Assembly (NCBI GenBank): GCA_963667795.1
Contig: OY764017.1
Location: 1,460,079-1,524,078, forward strand
Direction: 5' to 3'
DNA length: 64,000 nt
DNA from: Christensenellaceae bacterium
GTDB lineage: Bacteria; Bacillota; Clostridia; Christensenellales; CAG-138
The notes beneath the pieces are model-generated. The model worked only from the letters and a program-made list of their open reading frames with translations. It was not told the DNA's origin and made no database searches. Shown here piece by piece: positions 1 through 9,274 of this stretch. The first letter of the stretch is position 1; each line of letters begins with the position of its first letter. The position numbers and the translations under genes are program-made.

Positions 1-2
1 CC

Positions 3-383
3 GTCCCAAAAGGAAGTTGCATCTATTATGCCGGGCCTTGTCCGGCTGCACCCGGCGAAGTCATCGGGCCATGCGGACCAACAACCTCCAAACGGATGGA
101 TGCTTTCATGCCCGCTATGCTGGACTATGGTTTGTTCCAGTTCATCGGCAAAGGACCGCGTGCGCCATATGTTTATGATGCGATGCGCGGCAATGCTGTC
201 GGATTTTCCGCCACCGGCGGCGCTGGCATGCTGTATGCCTCACGCATTACAGAGTGTGAACTCGTCGCATTCCCCGATCTTGGCGCCGAGGCCGTCTATC
301 GGCTAAGCGTCACCGACTTCCCCGTGATCGTGACGTTCGATCTTGCGGGAGTCGACCTTTATTCTGTGCATTCGGGCAAATAG
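3..383 (+). CDS. Fe-S hydro-lyase beta-type domain (class I fumarate hydratase / tartrate dehydratase beta-like), C-terminal fragment; 5' end off-window
   Basis: Frame 3 is open from the window edge. The translation ..YYAGPCPAAPGEVIGPCGPTTSKRMD..IGKGPR..AVYRLSVTDFPVIVTFD resembles the conserved C-terminal part of class I fumarase beta subunits (by eye). Confidence 0.55.
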   Translation, partial: VPKGSCIYYAGPCPAAPGEVIGPCGPTTSKRMDAFMPAMLDYGLFQFIGKGPRAPYVYDAMRGNAVGFSATGGAGMLYASRITECELVAFPDLGAEAVYRLSVTDFPVIVTFDLAGVDLYSVHSGK

Positions 384-454
384 CCCGTTTCAATGCCCGC
401 CGGTACAAAAACGGCGGACAATTATCGTGCTTGTAATTTGAAAGGAGCGGTAAC

Positions 455-1726
455 ATGGCAAATTGTGCAATCGTAGGTATCAACTGGGGTGATGAAGGGA
501 AAGGCCGTATGGTCGATCTCATCGCAGCCGATTACGACGTCGTTGTGCGCTATCAAGGCGGCAACAATGCGGGGCATACCGTCGTCAATGAATTCGGCAA
601 ATTCGCGCTGCATCTGTTACCATCCGGCATCTTCCGCAAGGGCGTTGTCAACGTGCTTGGCAACGGCACCGTTATCGACCCCGAAAAACTCATCGAAGAA
701 ATCGAGATCACGCAGAACGCCGGCATCTCCATTACGCCGGACAATCTGAAGGTGAGCGACCGCGCACCGATCGTTTTTCCGTATCATCGCGATCAGGACG
801 TGCTGGAGGAAGCGCGCCTGCGCGACGCAAAGTACGGCTCGACCAAGCGCGGCATCGCGCCCGTGTACGGCGACAAATATATGAAGAAAACCGTCATGCT
901 CGGCGAACTGTTCTATCCCGATTATCTGAAGAAGCGCCTAAGCGGCATCCTTGAGTGGAAAAACCTCACGCTCAAAAATGTTTACGGTGGAAAAACCTAC
1001 TCGCTTGACGAGCTTATGGATTGGCTCACGACCTATGGCAACAAGCTGAAGCCGTACATCTGTGACGCCGGTGCGTTTTTACGCGAAAACGACGGCGAGA
1101 AGAATATTCTGTTTGAGGCACAGCTTGGCGTACTGCGAGATGTGGACTTCGGTATCTATCCCTACACATCCAGTTCCGCTCCGTTGGCGGCATATGCACC
1201 CATCGGCTCCGGCATGCCCGGCGCACGGCTCGACCGCGTGATCGGCGTGGTCAAGGCATACTCCACCTGCGTCGGCGAAGGCCCGTTCACGGCTGAATGG
1301 TTCGGCGAGGAAGCGGACAAGCTCCGCGAAGAAGGCGCGGAGTATGGCGCATCCACCGGTCGTCCGCGCCGCGTCGGTCCAATGGACATCGTTGCAACGC
1401 GTTACGGCGTAGCCATGCAGGGTGCAACCGAAGTTGCCCTGACAAAAGTCGACATCCTTTCCTACATGGATAAGATTCCGGTTTGCGTGCAGTATGAGCT
1501 GGACGGCAAAAAGACGGACGATTTCCCGTTCCCGGCGGCAATCGGCGCGGCAAAACCCGTTTACGATTACCTCCCCGGCTGGAAATGCGACGTTTCGGAA
1601 TGCCGCAATTTTGGAGATCTGCCGAAAGCGGCGCAGGATTACGTGGACTTCATCGAAAAGAATATCCACTGCCCGATTACGAACATCTCTGTCGGCGCCG
1701 CGCGCGACGCGATTATTCGGAGGTAA
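455..1726 (+). CDS. purA: adenylosuccinate synthetase
   Basis: 423 aa. N-terminal P-loop-like NWGDEGKGR and GGNNAGHT motifs; AGGAG RBS upstream; followed 6 nt later by purB. Confidence 0.95.
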   Translation: MANCAIVGINWGDEGKGRMVDLIAADYDVVVRYQGGNNAGHTVVNEFGKFALHLLPSGIFRKGVVNVLGNGTVIDPEKLIEEIEITQNAGISITPDNLKVSDRAPIVFPYHRDQDVLEEARLRDAKYGSTKRGIAPVYGDKYMKKTVMLGELFYPDYLKKRLSGILEWKNLTLKNVYGGKTYSLDELMDWLTTYGNKLKPYICDAGAFLRENDGEKNILFEAQLGVLRDVDFGIYPYTSSSAPLAAYAPIGSGMPGARLDRVIGVVKAYSTCVGEGPFTAEWFGEEADKLREEGAEYGASTGRPRRVGPMDIVATRYGVAMQGATEVALTKVDILSYMDKIPVCVQYELDGKKTDDFPFPAAIGAAKPVYDYLPGWKCDVSECRNFGDLPKAAQDYVDFIEKNIHCPITNISVGAARDAIIRR

Positions 1727-1732
1727 CGAGCC

Positions 1733-3139
1733 ATGCATAACCGCTACGAAAGCCCGCTCGGCAGCCGTTATGCGTCGGACGAGATGCAGCGGCTCTTCTC
1801 GCCGGACATGCGCTACTCCACATGGCGCAGGCTCTGGGTGAGCCTTGCCAGGGCGGAGCACGCGCTTGGCCTTCCGGTGACCACCGAGCAGGTGGACGAG
1901 CTTGCCGCGCATGTGGACGATATCGATTACGAAGCGGTCGCCGCGCGCGAAAAGTTGGTCCGTCATGACGTAATGGCGCACGTATATGCCTATGGGCTTG
2001 TCTGCCCAAAGGCCGCAGGTATCATTCACCTTGGTGCAACGAGTTGCTATGTCACGGACAATGCGGATTTGATCATTTTACGCGATGCGCTGACAAGCAT
2101 CAAAAACAGCATCTACGCGGTGCTGTCCGCACTTAGCACGTTCGCGGACAAAACGAAGGCGATCCCGACCGTCGGGTATACGCATTTTCAGCCCGCGCAA
2201 CCCGTCACAATCGGCCGCCGCGCGTGTCTGTGGATGCAGGAATTGTTTCTCGATCTGGAAGAAATCGACGACACTTTGAACGCAATCCGCTTTCTCGGAA
2301 GCCGCGGCGCGACCGGTACGGAAGCCAGCTTTGTGTCGCTGTTCAACGGCGACACGGCGAAAATCGATGAACTCAACCATATGATCGCCACTGATTTCGG
2401 CTTTGAGCGGATCTATGACGTCAGCGGTCAGACTTATCCGCGCAAATTCGACAGCCGCGTACTGAACGCGCTTTCGTCCGTTGCGCAGAGTGCTTACCGA
2501 TTTGGCGACGACATCCGCCTGCTGCAACACGATGGCATCCTGTCCGAACCGTTTGAGTCAAAACAGATCGGTTCTTCGGCCATGGCGTACAAGCAGAACC
2601 CCATGCGTTCGGAGCGCATCTGCTCGCTTTCGCGCTTTGTGATGTCCACGTCGCTCAATGCGGCGATGACCGCAAGCACGCAGTGGTTGGAACGCACACT
2701 GGACGATTCGGCTAACCGCCGTATCGCTTTGCCGGAAGCATTTCTTGCAACCGACGCGGTGTTGCGGTTGATGGCGAACGTTGCGGGCGGCCTCGTTGTA
2801 CACGAGGCTGCGAACGCACGCATCCTCGGTGATGCGCTGCCATTCCTTGCAACAGAAAACCTGCTCATGGCCGCAGTTAAAAAAGGCGGCGACCGGCAGC
2901 TTCTGCACGAAATCATCCGCAAGCATTCTCTCGCGGCAAAGGAGCAGACGGCGCAGGGCAAGCCGAACGATCTCGCTGAACGGCTGATCGATGACCCGGA
3001 CTTCCCGCTTGAGCGGGCGGACGTCCTCTTTGAGCTTGACCCCGTCCGACACATCGGACGCTCTGTCGAACAGACAGAACGCTTCCTTGCTTGGCATCCG
3101 GTTCCCGAAACCAAACCGTTACAGGAGCTTATGGTGTAA
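1733..3139 (+). CDS. purB: adenylosuccinate lyase
   Basis: 468 aa. Fumarate-lyase superfamily signature GSSAMAYKQNP; N-terminus YESPLGSRYAS is typical of PurB. Confidence 0.93.
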   Translation: MHNRYESPLGSRYASDEMQRLFSPDMRYSTWRRLWVSLARAEHALGLPVTTEQVDELAAHVDDIDYEAVAAREKLVRHDVMAHVYAYGLVCPKAAGIIHLGATSCYVTDNADLIILRDALTSIKNSIYAVLSALSTFADKTKAIPTVGYTHFQPAQPVTIGRRACLWMQELFLDLEEIDDTLNAIRFLGSRGATGTEASFVSLFNGDTAKIDELNHMIATDFGFERIYDVSGQTYPRKFDSRVLNALSSVAQSAYRFGDDIRLLQHDGILSEPFESKQIGSSAMAYKQNPMRSERICSLSRFVMSTSLNAAMTASTQWLERTLDDSANRRIALPEAFLATDAVLRLMANVAGGLVVHEAANARILGDALPFLATENLLMAAVKKGGDRQLLHEIIRKHSLAAKEQTAQGKPNDLAERLIDDPDFPLERADVLFELDPVRHIGRSVEQTERFLAWHPVPETKPLQELMV

Positions 3140-3164
3140 ATTCACGATTGATAAAAGAATACAT

Positions 3165-3199
3165 AAAAGGCTCGAATCAAAGATGATTCGAGCCTTTTT
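3165..3199. terminator. bidirectional intrinsic terminator between convergent purB and the GH3 gene
   Basis: GGCTCGAATC-aaagat-GATTCGAGCC hairpin flanked by an A-run and a T-run. Confidence 0.8.
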
Positions 3200-3215
3200 G
3201 TTGCAAAAAGATCTT

Positions 3216-5477
3216 CTATCGGTTCAGTTCTTTAATCACTTCATCCAGTCGTTCTTTTGTAATTTCCCCTGGTGAAAAGCCAAACACCGCACGCAACGGC
3301 ATATAGTCCAGCATCGCGTTCTGCATCTCCTGTGTAATTGCTTCTCTTGCGGCTTCCGTCTCGTCATCATGCTCGCTGAATGCGCGCATCGCCTGCAACA
3401 CGTCCTGCATGCCGTCCTTTTCCATCTGTTTTCCTCTTTCACTTGCGAGGATATCCATCAGGATCGAGTTTTCATCGAATACAACAGGAATCTCCTTTGT
3501 CGATTGCACTGTTACGGGCGCTTCAAGGACGATATTCCGGCTGGATCGTCCAATTTGGATCAAAAACTCACCGCTTTCAACATGCCAGTCGTGCAGACGC
3601 GTTTCATAGTAGGCAAATGCGCGTTTGCCCAGTTCAAACGAAACCGTTCTTGTTTCGCCCGGCGCCAACGCAACTTTCTCAAACCTCTTCAGCTCGCGCA
3701 CAGGCCTGATCGCGGTACTTATGACATCCGCAACATAGAGTTGCACAACCTCTTTGCCGTATCGCTCGCCAGTATTCGTCACGTCGACGGTGACGGTGAG
3801 CGTGTCGGTATCATTCATTTCATTTTTGTCGAGCATAAGGTTCTTATATGTAAACGTCGTATAGCTCAACCCATGTCCGAACGGAAACAATACGTCCATC
3901 TTCTTTTTATCATAGTAGCGATACCCGACGAACACGCCTTCGCGGTATTCCGTCCGCTGGTCGTCGCCGCCAAAAAACGGATAGGACGGATTGTCCTCCA
4001 ACTGTTTTGGGAAAGTCTCCGGCAAACGCCCACTCGGATTTGCGTCGCCAAACAAAATTCGTACAATCGCACGGCCGCTGGCCTGTCCGCTCAGATACGC
4101 TTCCAGAACACCCTTCACACGCGTTATCCACGGCATTTCGACCGGTGAACCATTTTGCAGGACAACGATGGTGTTCGGGTTTGCCGCTACAACTGCCTCA
4201 ATCAATTGATCCTGGCAATTCGGCAGGCGCATATGTGTCCTGTCATATCCTTCGCATTCGTATGTATCTGGCAAACCAACAAATACGACGGCGACCTCCG
4301 CGTTCTTTGCGGCGTCTGCCGCTTCTTGCAGCCATGCATCGGTCGTCTCGTCGCGCTCTATGGAAAAGCCGCGCGCATAATTAATGTTTTCGATACCCTT
4401 TGCCGCGCTCAAAGCGCTTGTTATTTTCGCTGCGTTGATGTGCGAACTGCCACCGCCTTGAAAGCGCGGTTTTTCAGCAAACTCTCCAATAAACGCAACG
4501 GACATGCCTTTTTGCAATGGGAGCACGCCTTCATTTTTCAGCAGCACCATGCACTCCTCCGCAAGTTCGCCGGAAAGTGCGTCGTCTTCTTCCAAGTCCC
4601 AGCTCTCAGTCGGTATTGCACTCTCAAGATAGCGGGCATGTATCGTCAGCATGCGTTCGCAGGCACGATCCAGGATCGCTTCGTCCAATTGGCCGGAGCG
4701 CACAGCGTTGACGATCTGCGTGTCTCCTACGCCGCCCGAAGAGGGCATTTCAAGCTCTAGTCCGGCTATCAATCCCTTTGCCCGGTCGCCGGCAGCACCC
4801 CAGTCGCTCATCACAAATCCGTCGAATCCCCATTCGTCTCGCAGGACATCACTCAGCAACCAATGATTCTCGGACGCCAGCACGCCATTAATGCGATTGT
4901 AGGAGCACATCAGCGTCCACGGCTTTGCTTTTTTCACAACGGTTTCAAACGCAGCGAGATATATCTCCCGCATCGTGCGCTCATCCGCATCCGAGCTTTG
5001 CGACATTCGCCGGTACTCTTGATTGTTGAGCGCAAAGTGCTTCACGCATGCGCCGACGTCGTGCCGCTGTATGGCGGCAACATACGCCGCGGCTTCTTCT
5101 CCTGCCAAATACGGGTCTTCCGACAAGTATTCAAAGTTTCGTCCGCACAGCGGTGAGCGTTTCATATTGATTGCCGGTCCGAGCACAACGGCAACATCTT
5201 CTGCACGGCATTCTCTGCCAAGCGCGTCGCCGAGTCGCTCAAACAGTGTCCGGTCAAACGAAGCAGCAACAGCGCACCCAGTCGGGAAGCAGACCGCGCT
5301 TATGCTGTCATTGGCGCCGTCGCCAATCTGTTTGCGCAATCCGTGCGGCCCGTCGCTAACCATTATGGACGGTACGCGAAGCCGCTCCACCGGCTTTGTG
5401 TGCCAGGAGTCCAAGCCGGAACAAAGCCCGGCTTTTTCCTCCAGCGTCATCTTTTGTATCAGCCCTCGAACATCCAT
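3216..5477 (-). CDS. glycoside hydrolase family 3 beta-glucosidase
   Basis: 753 aa. GH3 N- and C-terminal domain features, nucleophile context FVMSDWGA, and a fibronectin-III-like C-terminal part. Confidence 0.9.
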   Translation of the reverse strand: MDVRGLIQKMTLEEKAGLCSGLDSWHTKPVERLRVPSIMVSDGPHGLRKQIGDGANDSISAVCFPTGCAVAASFDRTLFERLGDALGRECRAEDVAVVLGPAINMKRSPLCGRNFEYLSEDPYLAGEEAAAYVAAIQRHDVGACVKHFALNNQEYRRMSQSSDADERTMREIYLAAFETVVKKAKPWTLMCSYNRINGVLASENHWLLSDVLRDEWGFDGFVMSDWGAAGDRAKGLIAGLELEMPSSGGVGDTQIVNAVRSGQLDEAILDRACERMLTIHARYLESAIPTESWDLEEDDALSGELAEECMVLLKNEGVLPLQKGMSVAFIGEFAEKPRFQGGGSSHINAAKITSALSAAKGIENINYARGFSIERDETTDAWLQEAADAAKNAEVAVVFVGLPDTYECEGYDRTHMRLPNCQDQLIEAVVAANPNTIVVLQNGSPVEMPWITRVKGVLEAYLSGQASGRAIVRILFGDANPSGRLPETFPKQLEDNPSYPFFGGDDQRTEYREGVFVGYRYYDKKKMDVLFPFGHGLSYTTFTYKNLMLDKNEMNDTDTLTVTVDVTNTGERYGKEVVQLYVADVISTAIRPVRELKRFEKVALAPGETRTVSFELGKRAFAYYETRLHDWHVESGEFLIQIGRSSRNIVLEAPVTVQSTKEIPVVFDENSILMDILASERGKQMEKDGMQDVLQAMRAFSEHDDETEAAREAITQEMQNAMLDYMPLRAVFGFSPGEITKERLDEVIKELNR

Positions 5478-5721
5478 CCCATTGTATCCTCCAGTGCTTT
5501 TCTTGTTTCTATTTTAGCGTTCGGCGCCGATCGATTCAAATCTTTTTTCCATCCGTATATAAATATTTTCCTCTCATACGAAAAAAATGCTCCAGCGCAT
5601 CCCGTTTCGACCTTCACGCCTGCGCATAATAGCATTATTCTTGCTCATTTTCATTATATCTGATACAATTTCCATGTTGTCTGTAATAATACTTCTTTTT
5701 TAGAAAGGTTTGGTCCTTTTC

Positions 5722-6651
5722 GTGAAAGCCTTGCAATTATTGGATCTCTCTATCGGTCCGGACCTGCACGAATTGACGCGACACGGTACGTCATTATTCC
5801 CGTGTGCGGGATATGATGAAGACCCCGGCAAATACCTTACCGGAAAGATTCCCTGGCACTGGCATGAGGAGTTTGAGTTTATCCAGGTGACAGAGGGTGA
5901 AACCTGCGTGCTATGCAGAAATACGGAGTACGTCATTCACGCGGGCGACTGCGTTTTCATCAACAGCAACGTTATGCATAAGCTTAAACGTGCACATGCC
6001 GGACAGCCAACGCGAATCAACAGCTTCGTTTTTAAGCCGGAATTAGTCGCTGGATTTCCGCAGAGCATCGTGCAGCAACGTTACATTCAGCCGCTGATGC
6101 ACTGCAGTACACTAGCGGACGTGTTCTTACGCCAGGACATACCGTGGCAAAAGGAAGCAATCAAGCATTTCGAAAAAGCGTTTTCCGCATTCACCGGCGA
6201 TGTTTACGGCTTTGAAATCATCGTCCAGATCGAACTCATGCACATGCTGCATGGAATCATCTCCAACCTGAGTGATCGTATCGCTGAAAGCGACCTTATA
6301 CAAAACAAAGACTCCGCACGCATCAAGCAAATGATCGGTTATATTCAGGCGCATTATGCAGAGCCACTGACCGTTTCACAGATTGCCGGAGCGTCGTCTA
6401 TCAGCGAAAGTGAGTGCTATCGCTGTTTTCGGAAGCTGTTGGACACTTCCCCTATTGATTATCTGCTGCAATATCGCATCCGTGTGGCGGCCGGTATGCT
6501 TGCCAATACCGGCATGAGTATTTCCGACATTTGTTATGCAACCGGCTTCAACAGCCCGAGTTATTTCGCAAAAGTGTTTCGTCATGCTCTGCAGAGCAGT
6601 CCGCGTGCATATCGAACTGCAAGGCAAAGCGAAACGGATGTTCGTTACTAA
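5722..6651 (+). CDS. AraC-family transcriptional regulator (cupin sensor + HTH)
   Basis: The C-terminal AraC HTH (SQIAGASSISESECYRCFRK..SPSYFAKVFR) is divergent from the GH3 gene. The ORF track starts at TTG 5710; GTG 5722 has better spacing to AAAGG. Confidence 0.85.
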   Translation: MKALQLLDLSIGPDLHELTRHGTSLFPCAGYDEDPGKYLTGKIPWHWHEEFEFIQVTEGETCVLCRNTEYVIHAGDCVFINSNVMHKLKRAHAGQPTRINSFVFKPELVAGFPQSIVQQRYIQPLMHCSTLADVFLRQDIPWQKEAIKHFEKAFSAFTGDVYGFEIIVQIELMHMLHGIISNLSDRIAESDLIQNKDSARIKQMIGYIQAHYAEPLTVSQIAGASSISESECYRCFRKLLDTSPIDYLLQYRIRVAAGMLANTGMSISDICYATGFNSPSYFAKVFRHALQSSPRAYRTARQSETDVRY

Positions 6652-6997
6652 TCAAACGCTAGATTGGTTTTTACACAATAAATACCCAGCGTTACAACGC
6701 TCTTCACCAGATATATGTGTAATTCATTTTTATATGTTGTATTTCCGCGTTTGGAGATCGATTATTTCAATAACTTACACATTTTCTGACCCATACGGAT
6801 TGTATTCGAAGCCTCCGGCATATATAATAAAAAGAAGTAAACATCCCTAACGGAGTTTTAGCTTTTTACACAATGGTCGAATTCCGATCGTTCAGTATAA
6901 GAAGACGATTCCAACACAACGAGCTTTTCGTTGTTCACCGGTATGATTACGTTCTATTCACGCTTACTGTGCAGTTAGATCACGCGTTGTTGGTCGG

Positions 6998-7027
6998 TTG
7001 ACAAATATTCTGTTACAGTAATATAAT
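6998..7027 (+). promoter_or_regulatory. sigma-A-type promoter upstream of rex
   Basis: TTGACA (6998-7003), 18-nt spacer, TATAAT (7022-7027). Confidence 0.55.
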
Positions 7028-7054
7028 ATCGATAAAGCTTATCGGAGGTGTGCT

Positions 7055-7714
7055 ATGCAAAAAAATACCCCCGTCTCAATTTCGAGGCAAGCGCTCCAGC
7101 GGATGCCCTATTATCTGCAGACGTTGCGTGCGGCGCGTGATTCCGGCGCAGAGATTATTTCCGCACCAACTGTCGCTGGACAACTTGGCCTCAACGAGGT
7201 GCAGGTTCGAAAGGATTTTGCTTCCGTAAGCAATACCGCGGGAAAGCCGAAAACGGGCTTTCAAACAAACGAGCTCATCGCTGCGATTGAAAGTTGCCTC
7301 GGTTACGATAACTCCAACGATGCCGTTTTGGTCGGCGCAGGCAGCCTTGGACGTGCTTTGCTTTCCTATCGCGGATTTGAAGAATACGGTCTCAGCATCA
7401 TCGCCGCATTTGATGTTGACCCAAATTTGACCGGTGGTGAAATCTCCGGCAAGCAGGTATTACCGATGAACAAACTTTCCGGCATTTGCCGTAATATGAA
7501 CATCCACATCGGCATTATAACGGTTCCCGCTTCCCAGGCACAGGCCGTTTGCGATTCACTCGTTGAAAGCGGCGTGCTCGCCATCTGGAACTTTGCACCG
7601 ATGCACCTTAACACACCGGAAGGCATCCTTGTACAAAACGAAAACATGGCTGCTTCGCTGGCGGTGCTTTCAAAGCACCTTTCCGAGCAGCTTGAGTCAA
7701 GCTTGAAGGATTGA
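7055..7714 (+). CDS. rex: redox-sensing transcriptional repressor Rex
   Basis: 219 aa. N-terminal winged helix (RMPYYLQTLR..), Rossmann motif VLVGAGSLGRALL, and typical Rex length. Confidence 0.9.
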   Translation: MQKNTPVSISRQALQRMPYYLQTLRAARDSGAEIISAPTVAGQLGLNEVQVRKDFASVSNTAGKPKTGFQTNELIAAIESCLGYDNSNDAVLVGAGSLGRALLSYRGFEEYGLSIIAAFDVDPNLTGGEISGKQVLPMNKLSGICRNMNIHIGIITVPASQAQAVCDSLVESGVLAIWNFAPMHLNTPEGILVQNENMAASLAVLSKHLSEQLESSLKD

Positions 7715-7873
7715 TTCCCTTTCCACATTGATCACCAGGCAGTGCTGAAGACAGCACTGCCTTTATTTTATGCTGTTTTCGTATAATGATCTTCCACTGC
7801 ATGCTTTTCCAAAAAAATTGGTCTTCTTCTCATACACTGGAATAACTATTTTCACAAAATTGCAAATTTGGTA

Positions 7874-7902
7874 TTGACAGTCCCATATATCAGTGCTATA
7901 TT
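7874..7902 (+). promoter_or_regulatory. sigma-A-type promoter upstream of the alcohol dehydrogenase
   Basis: TTGACA (7874-7879), 17-nt spacer, TATATT (7897-7902). Confidence 0.55.
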
Positions 7903-7953
7903 ATCGATACAAGTTAACCGATAAAGAATTACTGATTACAAGGAGCATCGATT

Positions 7954-9129
7954 ATGGCACGTTTTACACTACCCAGAGACTTATATCACGGCAAAGGTTC
8001 TCTTGAAGCGCTAAAGACCCTGAAGGGTAAAAAAGCGATTGTCGTCGTTGGCGGCGGCTCCATGAAGCGGTTTGGTTTCCTCGACAAAGTGGAAGCGTAC
8101 CTGCGCGAAGCCGGCATGGAAGTACAGTTGTTTGAAGGCGTTGAGCCCGATCCTTCCGTCGATACCGTTATGCGCGGTGCAGAAGCCATGCGCAAGTTTG
8201 AGCCCGACTGGATCGTTTCCATCGGCGGTGGCTCTCCGATTGACGCGGCAAAAGCCATGTGGGCCTTCTATGAATATCCGGACACCACGTTTGACTCTCT
8301 CTGCATTCCATTTAACTTCCCGACACTGCGTACAAAGGCGAAGTTCTGCGCAATCCCGTCCACTTCCGGCACGGCGACCGAAGTAACCGCCTTCTCCGTT
8401 ATTACGGATTACAACAAGGGCGTAAAGTACCCGCTTGCCGACTTTAATATTACACCGGACGTCGCTATCGTCGATCCCGATCTGGCCGAAACCATGCCGA
8501 AGAAGCTGACCGCAAACACCGGCATGGACGCAATGACGCATGCGATTGAAGCATATGTTTCCACACTGCACTGCGATTACACCGATCCACTGGCCATTCA
8601 TGCCATTCGAATGATCAGCGAATTTTTGATTCCGTCCTACAATGGCGATATGGAAGCGCGTGACCGCATGCATAATGCGCAGTGTCTCGCGGGTATGGCC
8701 TTCTCCAATGCGCTGCTCGGCATCGTGCACTCCATGGCACACAAAACCGGCGCGGCATACAGCGGTGGCCACATCGTGCACGGTGCGGCAAACGCCATGT
8801 ACCTCCCCAAGGTCATCAAGTACAACGCGAAAGACCCCGAAGCCGCCAAGCGCTACGGTGAAATTGCAAAGTGCCTCGGTCTTGAGGCCACCGCAGATGC
8901 GCTCATCAAGCACATTTGCGAAATGAACGAAAAACTCGATATCGCAGCCAGCATAAAGGATTATGAAGGCGGCATCATCGACGAGAAAGAGTTTCTCGAA
9001 AAGCTGCCGAAGGTTGCCGAACTCGCCGTTGGCGACGCCTGCACCGGCTCGAACCCCAGAGCAATCACGCCGGCCGAGATGGAAAAGCTCCTCAAAGCCT
9101 GCTTCTATGATACAGATGTTGACTTCTAA
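7954..9129 (+). CDS. iron-containing (group III) alcohol dehydrogenase, butanol/1,3-propanediol dehydrogenase-like
   Basis: 391 aa. GGGSPIDAAKA motif and His-rich metal site (HAIEAY.., HSMAHK). Substrate not determinable. Confidence 0.9.
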   Translation: MARFTLPRDLYHGKGSLEALKTLKGKKAIVVVGGGSMKRFGFLDKVEAYLREAGMEVQLFEGVEPDPSVDTVMRGAEAMRKFEPDWIVSIGGGSPIDAAKAMWAFYEYPDTTFDSLCIPFNFPTLRTKAKFCAIPSTSGTATEVTAFSVITDYNKGVKYPLADFNITPDVAIVDPDLAETMPKKLTANTGMDAMTHAIEAYVSTLHCDYTDPLAIHAIRMISEFLIPSYNGDMEARDRMHNAQCLAGMAFSNALLGIVHSMAHKTGAAYSGGHIVHGAANAMYLPKVIKYNAKDPEAAKRYGEIAKCLGLEATADALIKHICEMNEKLDIAASIKDYEGGIIDEKEFLEKLPKVAELAVGDACTGSNPRAITPAEMEKLLKACFYDTDVDF

Positions 9130-9224
9130 GAAGTCAATGCCCAGACCACTATTCTTAATTCTCGGTACGGATGTCGGCTTTCCTTTGCGGAAGCCGGCTT
9201 CCCGTCATGAAACGGTAGTCCAAA

Positions 9225-9260
9225 CTTCCTGCCGGCATCGTCCGGAGGAAATTAGTTTTT
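9225..9260 (+). terminator. hairpin plus T-run between adh and the hydrogenase-like gene (terminator or attenuator)
   Basis: CTTCCTGCCGG-catcgt-CCGGAGGAA followed by ATTAGTTTTT; a second hairpin lies at about 9173-9200. Confidence 0.5.
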
Positions 9261-9274
9261 GAGGTCGACAGCGA

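Noticed and set aside
1079-2029. 316-aa ORF on the minus strand across purA/purB
   Set aside because: It is antisense to two confidently identified genes. The product is Arg/Ala/Gly-rich, as is typical of shadow frames in GC-rich DNA, and there is no RBS.
6900-7953. Rex operator sites upstream of rex and adh
   Set aside because: Only half-site-like fragments were seen (TTCACAA at about 7846 and GTTAAC at about 7913). There is no full TTGTGAA-N6-TTCACAA or TTGTTAA-N4-TTAACAA palindrome, so no site is claimed.
8011-8913. 300-aa minus-strand ORF inside the alcohol dehydrogenase gene
   Set aside because: It is a shadow ORF opposite a gene with clear Fe-ADH motifs, and it has no recognisable domain.
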